This document shows, piece by piece, positions 47,048-56,164 of a stretch of DNA of 56,689 bases. The stretch spans positions 1 to 56,689 of the IMG/VR virus record IMGVR_UViG_3300032331_002769, one strand, 5' to 3'. Under the pieces are notes generated by a model, which was not told where the DNA came from, searched no databases, and worked only from the letters and a program-made list of their open reading frames with translations. Numbering within the stretch: the first letter of the stretch is position 1; the number at the start of each line of letters is the position of its first letter. The position numbers were made by a program, and so were the translations under genes. The DNA comes from a virus. Lineage: Duplodnaviria > Caudoviricetes.

Positions 47048-47536
47048 ATGCAAGGAGAAGTAGTGAAATATATGGTTGCCAACGGATTTACAGAGTTCGA
47101 TCAACCAAAAGCATATAATGATGTTTCGCCATATCAAAGTTTTGATGGTGGTTCAATTTCTGATTTAGAAATGGGAGAAAGTTCTGATTTTGATTGGTCT
47201 AATGCAACTGGCAAACGCAGAAAAAAGAAAAAAGCAAAATCTAGTACCATTAAAAGCAGAATGGAAGCTAGACAAAAAGCAAGAGCCGAAAGAAAAGATA
47301 GAAAGTTGAAGATTAAAGAAAGTGAAGTTGCTACTCAAAAAAAAGTAGCAGAGGATTTATCTAAAGAAGATCCCTCAACTCAAAAGCTTATGGAAACTTT
47401 GGCACAAGACGACAAAAAAACAGAATCTACAACTGGAATGAGCAAAGGTCTAAAAATCGGACTTATTGTTGGTGGAGTTGTAGTAGCTGGAGTAATTGCA
47501 ATTGTCGTAATTCGTAAAATGAAAAAGAAAAAATAA
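47048..47536 (+). CDS. Tail-anchored protein with acidic leader and basic core
   Basis: DWSNATG then KRRKKKK; C-terminal TM followed by RKMKKKK. Confidence 0.78.
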   Translation: MQGEVVKYMVANGFTEFDQPKAYNDVSPYQSFDGGSISDLEMGESSDFDWSNATGKRRKKKKAKSSTIKSRMEARQKARAERKDRKLKIKESEVATQKKVAEDLSKEDPSTQKLMETLAQDDKKTESTTGMSKGLKIGLIVGGVVVAGVIAIVVIRKMKKKK

Positions 47537-47548
47537 AAAACTCAATCA

Positions 47549-48304
47549 ATGATAAGTGTAGAAACAACCAACCCAGTTTACTCAAATGCTAATGGTGTTC
47601 CAAAAGCTACTAAAGTTCGTGCTGGAAGTCGAAAAGATCCAAGAAAAGCAATTTCTGAAAAACAACAAGCAAGAGATTTAAAAAAAGCTAATCGTAAAGC
47701 AAAACGTAATGCTCCGAAATTAAAAAAAGTCCGCAGAAAGTCTGGTAAAACTTCATTTGTAATGAAACTTATCAAGCTTGTTCCAATTCAAAAAATGCAA
47801 AAGTTTTCTGGTGGCGACAGTACAATTACCGCAGTTGCTTCGCCAGTTACCGAATACAAAAAAACATTTGCTGACGGAACTTCTATTACAATTCCAGCAT
47901 CGGACGTAATAGTAAATACTGCTGGAGTATTTGACAAAGGAGATATTGCAAGAGCATTTGGAGTTTCTAAGGAATCATTAACTCCTCAAATGATTGACAA
48001 TTATTTGGTTTACATTGCACCAGCACCAGCAAACAGTGATGTGGCAACCGAAACTCAAAAAAGTGCAACAAGTGATGTAGCAATTGAAATTCCAAATGAC
48101 AAAGTTGTTGAAACTCCAGATGGAACTTTTTTAGCAACAGATACACAAGAAGATTCTGAACCAACGAAAGATATTGCAGTAGAGCAAAAGCAAGAACAAG
48201 CACCATTAAAAAAATACGAAAAAGTGATTTTGTGGGGTGGAATAGGTGTAATCGTTTTAATTATTGGAGTTGTTGCTTACCGCAATTTCTCAAAAGCAAA
48301 ATAA
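47549..48304 (+). CDS. Tail-anchored protein with basic N-terminal region
   Basis: MISVETTNPVYSNANG, K/R tract, C-terminal TM. Confidence 0.78.
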   Translation: MISVETTNPVYSNANGVPKATKVRAGSRKDPRKAISEKQQARDLKKANRKAKRNAPKLKKVRRKSGKTSFVMKLIKLVPIQKMQKFSGGDSTITAVASPVTEYKKTFADGTSITIPASDVIVNTAGVFDKGDIARAFGVSKESLTPQMIDNYLVYIAPAPANSDVATETQKSATSDVAIEIPNDKVVETPDGTFLATDTQEDSEPTKDIAVEQKQEQAPLKKYEKVILWGGIGVIVLIIGVVAYRNFSKAK

Positions 48305-48329
48305 TTTACCAACCATTAAACATTTAGTT

Positions 48330-48770
48330 ATGTTCAATTTTTCACTAGCCAAATATATGAAAGCAACAATGTTTTTAAAAATTTCAATTCCATTATTTAC
48401 TATGTCATTTATCTTATCGTATGTTTGGAACATATCTTTGACTAATTGGGAGCAATATTTTGCATTAACAATTTCAATTTTAGTAGATGGAATTTTCGGC
48501 ATTATTAGTGGAACAAAAAAAGAGGGTTTCAAAACTTTCAAGGCACTAAATATTTTCAAATCTTTATTTAGTTGGATTTTAATTTTAACTTGCGTTTTAA
48601 TAACTGAAAAAGCATTTCCAGAAGCAAGTTGGTTATCTGAAACTTTTATAATACCAGTGATTACTTTTATGGTTATTTCTTCGATTAAAAATGCTTCTCA
48701 AAGCGGATTTATTAAGGCTGAATTAGTCAACACAATAATGGAAAAAATAGATCAACATAAAAATGATTAA
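48330..48770 (+). CDS. Putative holin (holin 4-like)
   Basis: Several TMs; ILVDGIFGII..KKEGFKT..., SSIKNA; start 48330 or 48357. Confidence 0.6.
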   Translation: MFNFSLAKYMKATMFLKISIPLFTMSFILSYVWNISLTNWEQYFALTISILVDGIFGIISGTKKEGFKTFKALNIFKSLFSWILILTCVLITEKAFPEASWLSETFIIPVITFMVISSIKNASQSGFIKAELVNTIMEKIDQHKND

Positions 48771-49293
48771 AATGGCTACTCCTAAAATAGAAAAAAGACT
48801 TTGGATTGCTGGACTAATTGGACTTGTCAGCGTTACTGGTGCATATATGTACTATCAAGTAAACAAAATCCTTGCATACACTTTAGATTTTAAAGGTGTC
48901 AAAAATGTTAAATTTGACAATAAAGCAGTAAGTTTTACAATTTGGTATGAGTACAAAAACAAAGCAAATATTAATGTAACTTTAGCTGAACAAGAATATG
49001 AAGTTTACATTAATAATCAGTATCTTACAACATTGACAAATTTTGTTCCGAATACACTTGTAGGAAGTGAACCATCTATAATTGACGTAAATGTTAAATT
49101 AACTTTACAAGATTTTAAAAGATTAAATCTGAATTATGCCCAAGTTTTATTAGCACCAAAAAGCATTGAGATAAAAACAATAATGAAGTGGAAAGTTAAG
49201 TACGGAATATTAAAATTCCCAGTTAAATATCCATACATTTTGAATTTAAAAGAAATTTTAGGCTGGTATATTCCAGCAATTAACAAACTATAA
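48763..49293 (+). CDS. Membrane-anchored LEA_2/WHy-like protein
   Basis: N-terminal TM; YKNKANINVTL..EYEVYINNQYL. Confidence 0.55.
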   Translation: MIKMATPKIEKRLWIAGLIGLVSVTGAYMYYQVNKILAYTLDFKGVKNVKFDNKAVSFTIWYEYKNKANINVTLAEQEYEVYINNQYLTTLTNFVPNTLVGSEPSIIDVNVKLTLQDFKRLNLNYAQVLLAPKSIEIKTIMKWKVKYGILKFPVKYPYILNLKEILGWYIPAINKL

Positions 49294-49560
49294 ATGAGCC
49301 AATTAGGAAAAATATTTTGGACTTATAAATTAGTCAATGATAGTTTAGTAGTAACAACAGACTATGGACTAACTGCTTTGTCTTTAATTTTAGTTTCTGG
49401 TTCGGGTTCTGTTCAAGGTAGTTTAATTTGCAATGGAATTGAATCTACTTCGATTGATTTAGAAATCGGAGTTCCTATTTTAATTTCAACCGAAAGTTTA
49501 AGCCTTATAGATGAATGGACAATAACTACTTCTGGTACTATTAATATAATTGGTAGGTAA
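49294..49560 (+). CDS. Small beta-rich structural protein (putative vertex/adaptor)
   Basis: 88 aa, directly precedes the fibre gene. Confidence 0.55.
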   Translation: MSQLGKIFWTYKLVNDSLVVTTDYGLTALSLILVSGSGSVQGSLICNGIESTSIDLEIGVPILISTESLSLIDEWTITTSGTINIIGR

Positions 49561-50939
49561 TGGGAGAATGTTTTGGTTTTCAATCTGGCGGTGGCGGTGG
49601 AACTAGTGGTGGAACGGTTACAAGTGTTGGTATATCAATGCCAGATGCTTTTGACGTAAACAATTCTCCAATAACTGAATCTGGAACAATTGAAGTAACT
49701 GCAAACGGAGATAGTTCACAATATATTCGTGGCGATGGTACTTTAGGAACTTTTCCACAACAAGGAGGTGCTGGAGGTGGTACTGTTTATTATTTAAACG
49801 GAAATACATCACAAGGAGTTATTTCTGGAAGAACAATGTATGAGTTAAGCAAAGAAGCTAAAACTGGAGTATCTGCAAATTTCACAAGAAATTCTAATGG
49901 TTTATTAGCCTCCTTTATTACTGACCTTAATGAGCCTAATCAATTAAATATTCCAGTTGGAATTTGGATTTTTCAATGTTACCTTTCAGAAGCTGGTGGT
50001 GGTGCAAATCACGCTGAAATACAAGCTAGTATTCAAAAATACGATGGAGCAACATTAACAACAATATCTACTGGTATAGTTGAGCAAATTACAAATGGAA
50101 ATGTTAAAGATTTGTACCAATTTGGAGTTACAATCCCAAGCGGAACAACCCTTACTTTAACCGATAGAATTGTTGTTAATTTAACAGTATCAAATGATAA
50201 TGGAAAAGCAATAACATTATATACAGAGGGAAATAACCTAAGTAGTGTTGTAACAACATTTGCCGATGGAATTTCTTCTTTAAATGGCTTGACTGAAACT
50301 GCTCAAACTTTTCAAGTTGGAACTTCTGGAAATGATTTTGAAATTATCTCTAGTACAAGTATTCACACATTTAATTTGCCAACTGCTTCTGCAACAAAGC
50401 GAGGTGCTTTATCTTCTACTGATTGGAATATATTTAATGGAAAACAAAACGAATTAGGTTTTACCCCTCCTCCAAACACAAGACAAATAAATACAAATTC
50501 TCCGCTTTCGGGCGGTGGCGACCTTACTGCAAATCGAACTTTAAGCATTGCTCAATCAAGTGCTTCAACAGATGGTTATTTATCTTCTACTGATTGGAAT
50601 ACATTTAATAGTAAAGCAAGTTATACTCCTAGAGTTCAATCTGTCATTAGTTCTTCTTCTGTAACACCTACTGCAACAAATGATGAAGTTGTTATTACTG
50701 CTCAAGCGGTAAGTTTAACTTTAGAAAATCCAACTGGCTCTCCAGTTCAAGGACAATCAATAATGATTAGAATTAAAGATTCTGGAGTTGCTCAAGCAAT
50801 TGCTTACGGAACTCAATATAGAGCAATTGGAGTAACTTTACCAACAATAACAACTGCTAACAAGACTTTGTACATTGGAATGATTTACAATTCAACTGAT
50901 ACAAAATGGGATATTTTAGGAATAAACCAAGAAGCTTAA
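49560..50939 (+). CDS. Fibre/spike protein
   Basis: GTVTSVG, YIRGDGT, two G.LSSTDWN.FN.K repeats typical of Bacteroidota phage fibres. Confidence 0.75.
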   Translation: MGECFGFQSGGGGGTSGGTVTSVGISMPDAFDVNNSPITESGTIEVTANGDSSQYIRGDGTLGTFPQQGGAGGGTVYYLNGNTSQGVISGRTMYELSKEAKTGVSANFTRNSNGLLASFITDLNEPNQLNIPVGIWIFQCYLSEAGGGANHAEIQASIQKYDGATLTTISTGIVEQITNGNVKDLYQFGVTIPSGTTLTLTDRIVVNLTVSNDNGKAITLYTEGNNLSSVVTTFADGISSLNGLTETAQTFQVGTSGNDFEIISSTSIHTFNLPTASATKRGALSSTDWNIFNGKQNELGFTPPPNTRQINTNSPLSGGGDLTANRTLSIAQSSASTDGYLSSTDWNTFNSKASYTPRVQSVISSSSVTPTATNDEVVITAQAVSLTLENPTGSPVQGQSIMIRIKDSGVAQAIAYGTQYRAIGVTLPTITTANKTLYIGMIYNSTDTKWDILGINQEA

Positions 50940-50943
50940 AAAA

Positions 50944-52314
50944 ATGTATTATCCATTAATAATGTCAATGAATAAGCAAAGTAATTTGCTTTTAGATTTA
51001 TACCCAAATTCAACAGTTGCTTATTCATTTAGAAAATTAAGAAGTGCATATTCTGGAAATTGTATAAGAGTAAGAAGAAATGGCGATAATGCCGAGCAAG
51101 ATATTCCATTTTTAAACGGAGTTTTAGATTCAGCTTCATTATTAAATTTTGTTGGAGAAAACTTTTGTACATATTCAGAAGATATGACAAATAGTTCTTA
51201 TGTAAAACTAAATAGTACGGTTGTTGCGGATCAAATCATTGCTCCAGATGGAACATTAACTGCTGATAAAGTTTTAGAAACTGCAACTACTGGAACACAT
51301 TCTATTTCAAGAGGTGTATCGTTAATCACTATTGGAATCAATTATAATTTATCAATTTATGTAAAAGCTGGAGAAAGAACAAAATGTTACTTTTTATCCC
51401 AAGTAAGCGGAACTTTACAACAAGCATTAATAGATCTTACAAATGGTTCAGTTAGTGGTTCAACATTTACAAATCCAGTTGTTGTTACACAAGTAGGAGT
51501 TACTGGGTGGTACAGAATATCAACCAATGTTGTATCTAGTGCAACAATTCAAGGAAATGGAGTATTAATTAGATTAGTTGATGGTTCTGGAAATGCTTCT
51601 TATTTAGGCGATGTAACAAAAGGTTTATACGTTTGGGGTTGCCAATTCACTATTGGTTCAGCAGAAAAAACATATTTCAAAACGAATACAACAAACATAG
51701 CTGGAATTGGTTGGATAAGAACTTTTTATGACCAAAGTGGAAATTCAAATGATGCAACAAATTTAACAACAACAAGTCAACCGCAAATTTCAAATGCTTC
51801 AAGTAGTATATCTCCAGTTGTTTACACAGATCCTAGTACTGGAAAATTTGCTTATTTTGGAAATAATAGATACTTGAATCTAACCTCCTCAATCAGTATT
51901 GTACAAAAAATGATGCACGTTGAAGTTCTAAATAGAGTAAGTTCTACATTGTATTCTATCGGAATAGGTTATAATGGAACAAGCAGTCCGTCAATGATGT
52001 ATTGGGATAATGTTGGAGCATTACAATCAAGATGGAGTAGTGGAAATATTACTCACGTTACAGATTCAACAACTGGTAAATTTTTAATAACAACTTTAAG
52101 AGATGCTAGTAATAATGTAAAAATGTATAGAAATAATTCAGCTTTGACAAGTGGTAATCAAAATGGAACTCTTTATGCTTTTGACACAATTGGTAAATTA
52201 GCTGGAGCAGTTAGCAATGGTTATTTATCTGAAATAATTTTATGGAAACAAGATTTAGAAAGCTCATTAAATGGCATACAGACAAACATAAATAATTATT
52301 ATGGAATATATTAA
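50944..52314 (+). CDS. Lectin/LamG-like receptor-binding protein with inserted carbohydrate-binding-like module
   Basis: AYSFRKLRSAYSGNCIRVRR, YDQSGN, APDGTLTAD..GWYRIS..VWGCQ, SEIILW. Confidence 0.7.
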   Translation: MYYPLIMSMNKQSNLLLDLYPNSTVAYSFRKLRSAYSGNCIRVRRNGDNAEQDIPFLNGVLDSASLLNFVGENFCTYSEDMTNSSYVKLNSTVVADQIIAPDGTLTADKVLETATTGTHSISRGVSLITIGINYNLSIYVKAGERTKCYFLSQVSGTLQQALIDLTNGSVSGSTFTNPVVVTQVGVTGWYRISTNVVSSATIQGNGVLIRLVDGSGNASYLGDVTKGLYVWGCQFTIGSAEKTYFKTNTTNIAGIGWIRTFYDQSGNSNDATNLTTTSQPQISNASSSISPVVYTDPSTGKFAYFGNNRYLNLTSSISIVQKMMHVEVLNRVSSTLYSIGIGYNGTSSPSMMYWDNVGALQSRWSSGNITHVTDSTTGKFLITTLRDASNNVKMYRNNSALTSGNQNGTLYAFDTIGKLAGAVSNGYLSEIILWKQDLESSLNGIQTNINNYYGIY

Positions 52315-52537
52315 AGGTTATGTTTTTACAACGAAAGAAGAAGCTGATTTAAAAATGGCAGAATTGAATGCGTTTTTTAAACTTCCAGCAATTGAGGTAG
52401 GCGGTACTTCTTACTTTTACGAACAATCATATATCCCAATCAATGATTTTTATTTTTTGTATTGGGCTGATCCATTACAACTTTGTTTAGGAGAGCCAGT
52501 TGAAATTTCAGTTGATTTTGGTTTTTCAGCATCATAA
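52301..52537 (+). CDS. Small acidic protein, possible fibre chaperone
   Basis: Overlaps the end of the receptor-binding gene. Confidence 0.6.
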   Translation: MEYIKGYVFTTKEEADLKMAELNAFFKLPAIEVGGTSYFYEQSYIPINDFYFLYWADPLQLCLGEPVEISVDFGFSAS

Positions 52538-52579
52538 TTATTTTCAGTTGTAACTAATACAATATCTAAAATAAATCAC

Positions 52580-52587
52580 TAAATTTG
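52580..52587 (+). promoter_or_regulatory. -7 box TAAATTTG
   Basis: TAnnTTTG, intergenic. Confidence 0.6.
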
Positions 52588-52611
52588 TTTAAATATTAAA
52601 AAAATAAGTAT

Positions 52612-52851
52612 ATGTCTTTAGGAAATTTATTAGGTGGTTTAATGAACATTGAGGGTTCAATTAGAGAAACAATTACAAGAACTTTGGAGGACTTGTCGGA
52701 AGAACTTAATGAGCCAAACTTTAAAAACTTTAGCGTAACAATCCAGCCTATCAATGAAGAATTTGATTTTGTCTGTTTAGTTTATCACATTACAGAAAGC
52801 GGACGTAAATTTGTTCGTGAAATAGAATTAAAAGAAATCGTATCTAATTAA
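52612..52851 (+). CDS. Hypothetical protein
   Basis: 79 aa ORF after promoter. Confidence 0.72.
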   Translation: MSLGNLLGGLMNIEGSIRETITRTLEDLSEELNEPNFKNFSVTIQPINEEFDFVCLVYHITESGRKFVREIELKEIVSN

Positions 52852-52852
52852 T

Positions 52853-53230
52853 ATGGAAGAAGAAATAGCTTTGATTTTACGACAAAAGTTATATTCTTTT
52901 GTAGCACTTTTTGTAGCATTAGTTTTGCTTTTTTTATCTATTTTTATTGTAAGCAAAAAGTCAGAAAAAGAAATTAAGATTGATCCAGTTGAGAAATATT
53001 TTGAGCAACAGAAATTATTAATTGAAAGTCAAACGCAGTTGCTTCAAAAAAAAATTGATAGTCTTAATTTCAAACTAAAACAAAACGATTTAAAATTGGA
53101 TAAAATCTACAAGTCAAAATCTCAAATTAAGTATGTTTACATTCAAGAAAATAAAATTATTGATGGTCTTAGTAATGATGCTATCATTCAAAAGTTCAAT
53201 GCTTTTTTCTCAAAGAGTAATAGCAACTAA
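52853..53230 (+). CDS. N-terminal TM plus coiled-coil protein (i-spanin-like)
   Basis: Hydrophobic N-terminus, heptad pattern, overlapped by the next gene. Confidence 0.5.
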   Translation: MEEEIALILRQKLYSFVALFVALVLLFLSIFIVSKKSEKEIKIDPVEKYFEQQKLLIESQTQLLQKKIDSLNFKLKQNDLKLDKIYKSKSQIKYVYIQENKIIDGLSNDAIIQKFNAFFSKSNSN

Positions 53231-53573
53231 TAACGACACGCTTATTTGCTTCACTCCAGAACAATGCAAAGTAATTCTAAAGGAATTTAACTTATGCAAC
53301 TACTTTGATAGCCTTACAAGACTTCAAACAGTAGAAATAATTTTAATGAAAAATTCAATTTCCGAGTTAAAAGAATTGGCTGATTTAAAAACCAGCCAAT
53401 TAAAATTTTGTCAAGATTTAGGTAAGATTAAAGAAGTTGAAATTGAACGATTAGTTTCTCAAAAAAAGCAATTAGGCAAGGAAATAAAACGTCAATCTAA
53501 TCACAAAATAATTGCAATTGTTTCTGGCTCAATTACAACTGCTTTAATGACTTATCTTTGGATAACAAAATAG
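53133..53573 (+). CDS. Signal peptide + coiled coil + C-terminal TM (spanin partner-like)
   Basis: Signal peptide ending FS-Q; 98 bp overlap with the previous gene. Confidence 0.5.
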   Translation: MFTFKKIKLLMVLVMMLSFKSSMLFSQRVIATNNDTLICFTPEQCKVILKEFNLCNYFDSLTRLQTVEIILMKNSISELKELADLKTSQLKFCQDLGKIKEVEIERLVSQKKQLGKEIKRQSNHKIIAIVSGSITTALMTYLWITK

Positions 53574-53576
53574 CTT

Positions 53577-53789
53577 TTATTTTCGGCAAAATTTCATTAA
53601 AAAATTTGTGTAGTCCCAGTGAAACGCACAATCAAACATTTTATCTCCCTCTTTCTCTACCATTGGACGTGTTTGACCTTTTAACCAATCTTCAAATGGC
53701 TTTTGAATATCTTCTGGAAGTTCGCTAACAACTACATAATGAACTCCCTTTACTGGATTTTTCCAGTTTATGTTATCATTTCCTCCCAT
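53577..53789 (-). CDS. Hypothetical protein
   Basis: Tightly packed minus-strand operon. Confidence 0.7.
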   Translation of the reverse strand: MGGNDNINWKNPVKGVHYVVVSELPEDIQKPFEDWLKGQTRPMVEKEGDKMFDCAFHWDYTNFLMKFCRK

Positions 53790-54100
53790 TAGTCAACCTC
53801 CTCATTTATGTAATTACTGAAACCGAATCTACTTATATACTCAAAATTACAACCGTATCTTTTTACAAATCGTTTTTCATTTTTAGAGTATAATTCATTT
53901 TTATCATCATTAGACAATTCTATCTTTAATAAAACTCTCTTTTTTTGATTTTGAGCTACTTTTGGAACTTCATTCAAACTATTTAACGCAAAACCAATTA
54001 AAAGTCCACAAACTACATCGCTAGGCGTAATGTTGTATTTAACTGATAAATCATTCAATAACTCAATTGCTGAATTTGATAATTGTACTGTTTTTTCCAT
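53789..54100 (-). CDS. Hypothetical protein, possible ribbon-helix-helix N-terminus
   Basis: KTVQLSNSAIELLNDLSVKYNITPSDVV. Confidence 0.6.
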   Translation of the reverse strand: MEKTVQLSNSAIELLNDLSVKYNITPSDVVCGLLIGFALNSLNEVPKVAQNQKKRVLLKIELSNDDKNELYSKNEKRFVKRYGCNFEYISRFGFSNYINEEVD

Positions 54101-54102
54101 AT

Positions 54103-54336
54103 TTATTTGTTTTTTCTAATTCTTGACATATTTTCTTTATTTCTGTTAATAGATCTCAAACCCAATTCGGCATTTAATCGCCTTATTTCTTTATTCTGTA
54201 ACATACTTGGTAAAACAACCCAAATATCTCTAGTTTTTCCATTTCCAGAAAATATTAATTGATTTGAATTTCGTATATCCTCTGCAATATCTCTTAGAGC
54301 AATACAGTGCGAGTAGTTTAAATAATCATCAACCAT
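54103..54336 (-). CDS. Hypothetical protein
   Basis: Tightly packed operon. Confidence 0.65.
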   Translation of the reverse strand: MVDDYLNYSHCIALRDIAEDIRNSNQLIFSGNGKTRDIWVVLPSMLQNKEIRRLNAELGLRSINRNKENMSRIRKNK

Positions 54337-54666
54337 TTAGAAAAGTTTAATTTTCATTTTACCAAGTTCCTTGCTCCCATTTTTTCCTTTTAAAAATTGC
54401 TTCAAAGCATTTTTTTTATTTAATGCTGAAACATAAGAATAACCCTCTCTTATTAAAATTTCTTTGTTTTGAATATTTTTTCCGTATTTAAAAGCAAAGT
54501 CATTATTAAATATTGCTTCCTCAATTTCTAAGGTTTCATTATTTATTTCAAAAGTTTTATGTCCAGAATGAGGGTTGATTTTTCCAATCAATTCTTTTTC
54601 TTTTTGTTGATTCTTTTTTACTGAAATTTCAATTTGAGTTGGAGATATTTTTAGTAATTCTTTCAT
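54337..54666 (-). CDS. Hypothetical protein
   Basis: Start revised to MKELLK at 54666 to remove overlap. Confidence 0.65.
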   Translation of the reverse strand: MKELLKISPTQIEISVKKNQQKEKELIGKINPHSGHKTFEINNETLEIEEAIFNNDFAFKYGKNIQNKEILIREGYSYVSALNKKNALKQFLKGKNGSKELGKMKIKLF

Positions 54667-54691
54667 ATTATCTTGTTTTTTTAAAAGGTTA

Positions 54692-54907
54692 TCATAATTT
54701 AATTTTTCTTTTTGAAATTTTATCCCAATATTGAAATCCTTGAATTGTAACATCTAAAAGAAAAGCTTGATAAATAAATTCCTTTAAGGATCTATAATAG
54801 TTCCGCATTTTAAAGTCAAAACTCAAATTCTGCATATAAATATTTTCTTTGTAGTTTATTTGTTCTTCTTCGCTTAAAAAAACAAACCAATCATTACCAG
54901 TTTTCAT
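54692..54907 (-). CDS. Hypothetical protein
   Basis: AF...T.QGFQYW motif; operon packing. Confidence 0.7.
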   Translation of the reverse strand: MKTGNDWFVFLSEEEQINYKENIYMQNLSFDFKMRNYYRSLKEFIYQAFLLDVTIQGFQYWDKISKRKIKL

Positions 54908-55080
54908 TTTATTTCTTGTTTACTATATCCATCTTTAAATCCACGCATATATTCTGAATGCTTATCTTCTTTCTCAAACTCTAACGCTTGTTTAAAGTAA
55001 TCATTTAACTCTTGCTGACTTGGTGGTATTTCGTTGCTTAATTTACCAATCAACCATTCTACTGCTGTTTTTTTTTTCAT
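54904..55080 (-). CDS. TAVEWL-family small phage protein
   Basis: MKKKTAVEWL...QALEFEKE; start revised to 55080. Confidence 0.7.
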   Translation of the reverse strand: MKKKTAVEWLIGKLSNEIPPSQQELNDYFKQALEFEKEDKHSEYMRGFKDGYSKQEIK

Positions 55081-55081
55081 T

Positions 55082-55252
55082 TTATTTTGATTTAGGTTTT
55101 TTAACATTGGAACAAAAACCATCATATTCAAGTTCAGTTCCTTTTTGATTGTAAAAAAAGTATTCAGTACCCTCTGCATCTATAATAATGTATCCATCAT
55201 TATTAGCTGTAGGTTGAATACTAATTGGTAATTTTAAATTTAAATTTTCCAT
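55082..55252 (-). CDS. Small hypothetical protein (56 aa, not in ORF track)
   Basis: MENLNLKLPISIQPTANNDGYIIIDAEG...; fits the gap exactly. Confidence 0.6.
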   Translation of the reverse strand: MENLNLKLPISIQPTANNDGYIIIDAEGTEYFFYNQKGTELEYDGFCSNVKKPKSK

Positions 55253-55253
55253 T

Positions 55254-55490
55254 CTATTCTGGTTTAGTGTTATAATAATTATTCAAAAACATATATGCAA
55301 TATCATCGTGGTCTGTTTCGAGAGCCATCGGATTTTCTAATGCAATTTTATTTGTCCACGTCAAAAAATCAATAATTTTCTGGCATTGTTGCTCTTTCTC
55401 CATTTCTTTGGCTTGTTGAACATCTCTAACATCAATTGCCTCCATAATTTTTAATCTACTAATCAACCATTCTACTGCTGTTTGTTTCAT
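55254..55490 (-). CDS. TAVEWL-family small phage protein (paralog)
   Basis: MKQTAVEWL...QAKEMEKEQ. Confidence 0.72.
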   Translation of the reverse strand: MKQTAVEWLISRLKIMEAIDVRDVQQAKEMEKEQQCQKIIDFLTWTNKIALENPMALETDHDDIAYMFLNNYYNTKPE

Positions 55491-55696
55491 TTTTCAAGTA
55501 ATTTTTTAATTGCTAAATAATTTTCAATGCAAAGATTTTTATATTTGAGCCGATCTAATGGGTTTTGTATTTTATCACTTTCCCAGTAATTTTCATTTCT
55601 ACACTCTCTCCAGTTATCCAGATTAAAGTTTGCAGTCATTCTGCCAAACTTGTCATTTTCAAATTTCATTTGTTTTTGAAAAAAATTATTTTCCAT
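55487..55696 (-). CDS. Hypothetical protein
   Basis: Overlapping operon packing. Confidence 0.65.
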   Translation of the reverse strand: MENNFFQKQMKFENDKFGRMTANFNLDNWRECRNENYWESDKIQNPLDRLKYKNLCIENYLAIKKLLEK

Positions 55697-55895
55697 TTTC
55701 TAAATTATTAATTGTTACTATTGCCTCACTTATTGATTTTTCTTGATTCATACAATCTATTAAAATCAACATAACTTTGGTTTTAAATTCTTTTTTTTCT
55801 CGATCAAAACTAATCTGTAAAATTTCCTCCACTTTATTAACATTTAGCTCATTTCGTGGAATTGATTTTATTTTTTTTGCAATATCTTCAATCAT
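55686..55895 (-). CDS. Hypothetical protein
   Basis: Overlapping operon packing. Confidence 0.65.
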   Translation of the reverse strand: MIEDIAKKIKSIPRNELNVNKVEEILQISFDREKKEFKTKVMLILIDCMNQEKSISEAIVTINNLENGK

Positions 55896-55916
55896 TTTAT
55901 TTGTTTAGTATTGTTC

Positions 55917-55948
55917 AAAAAATGCTAGTTGTTCCCACAACTAGCATT
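55917..55948 (-). terminator. Intrinsic terminator / attenuator hairpin
   Basis: Perfect 12-bp stem AATGCTAGTTGT/ACAACTAGCATT with T run on the minus strand. Confidence 0.7.
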
Positions 55949-55966
55949 ATAAAAATAAAGGTAATC

Positions 55967-56137
55967 TTATTTTTTTTTGTGCATTATATACAAAGGTTCA
56001 ATGGTTGGAAATTTTGCATAATGACTATTGATAGCTTCTGCCATACTGGTTGCTTCAATGTTGTAGCACGACAAAACATAAGTTGTTGAATCGCTATAAA
56101 AAGCAACGTGATACATTTTTAATTCTGAATTAGACAT
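55967..56137 (-). CDS. Small hypothetical protein (56 aa, not in ORF track)
   Basis: MSNSELKMYHVAFYS...; AAATAAATAAAT-ATG start context. Confidence 0.55.
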   Translation of the reverse strand: MSNSELKMYHVAFYSDSTTYVLSCYNIEATSMAEAINSHYAKFPTIEPLYIMHKKK

Positions 56138-56164
56138 ATTTATTTATTTTATTGGTTTACACTG

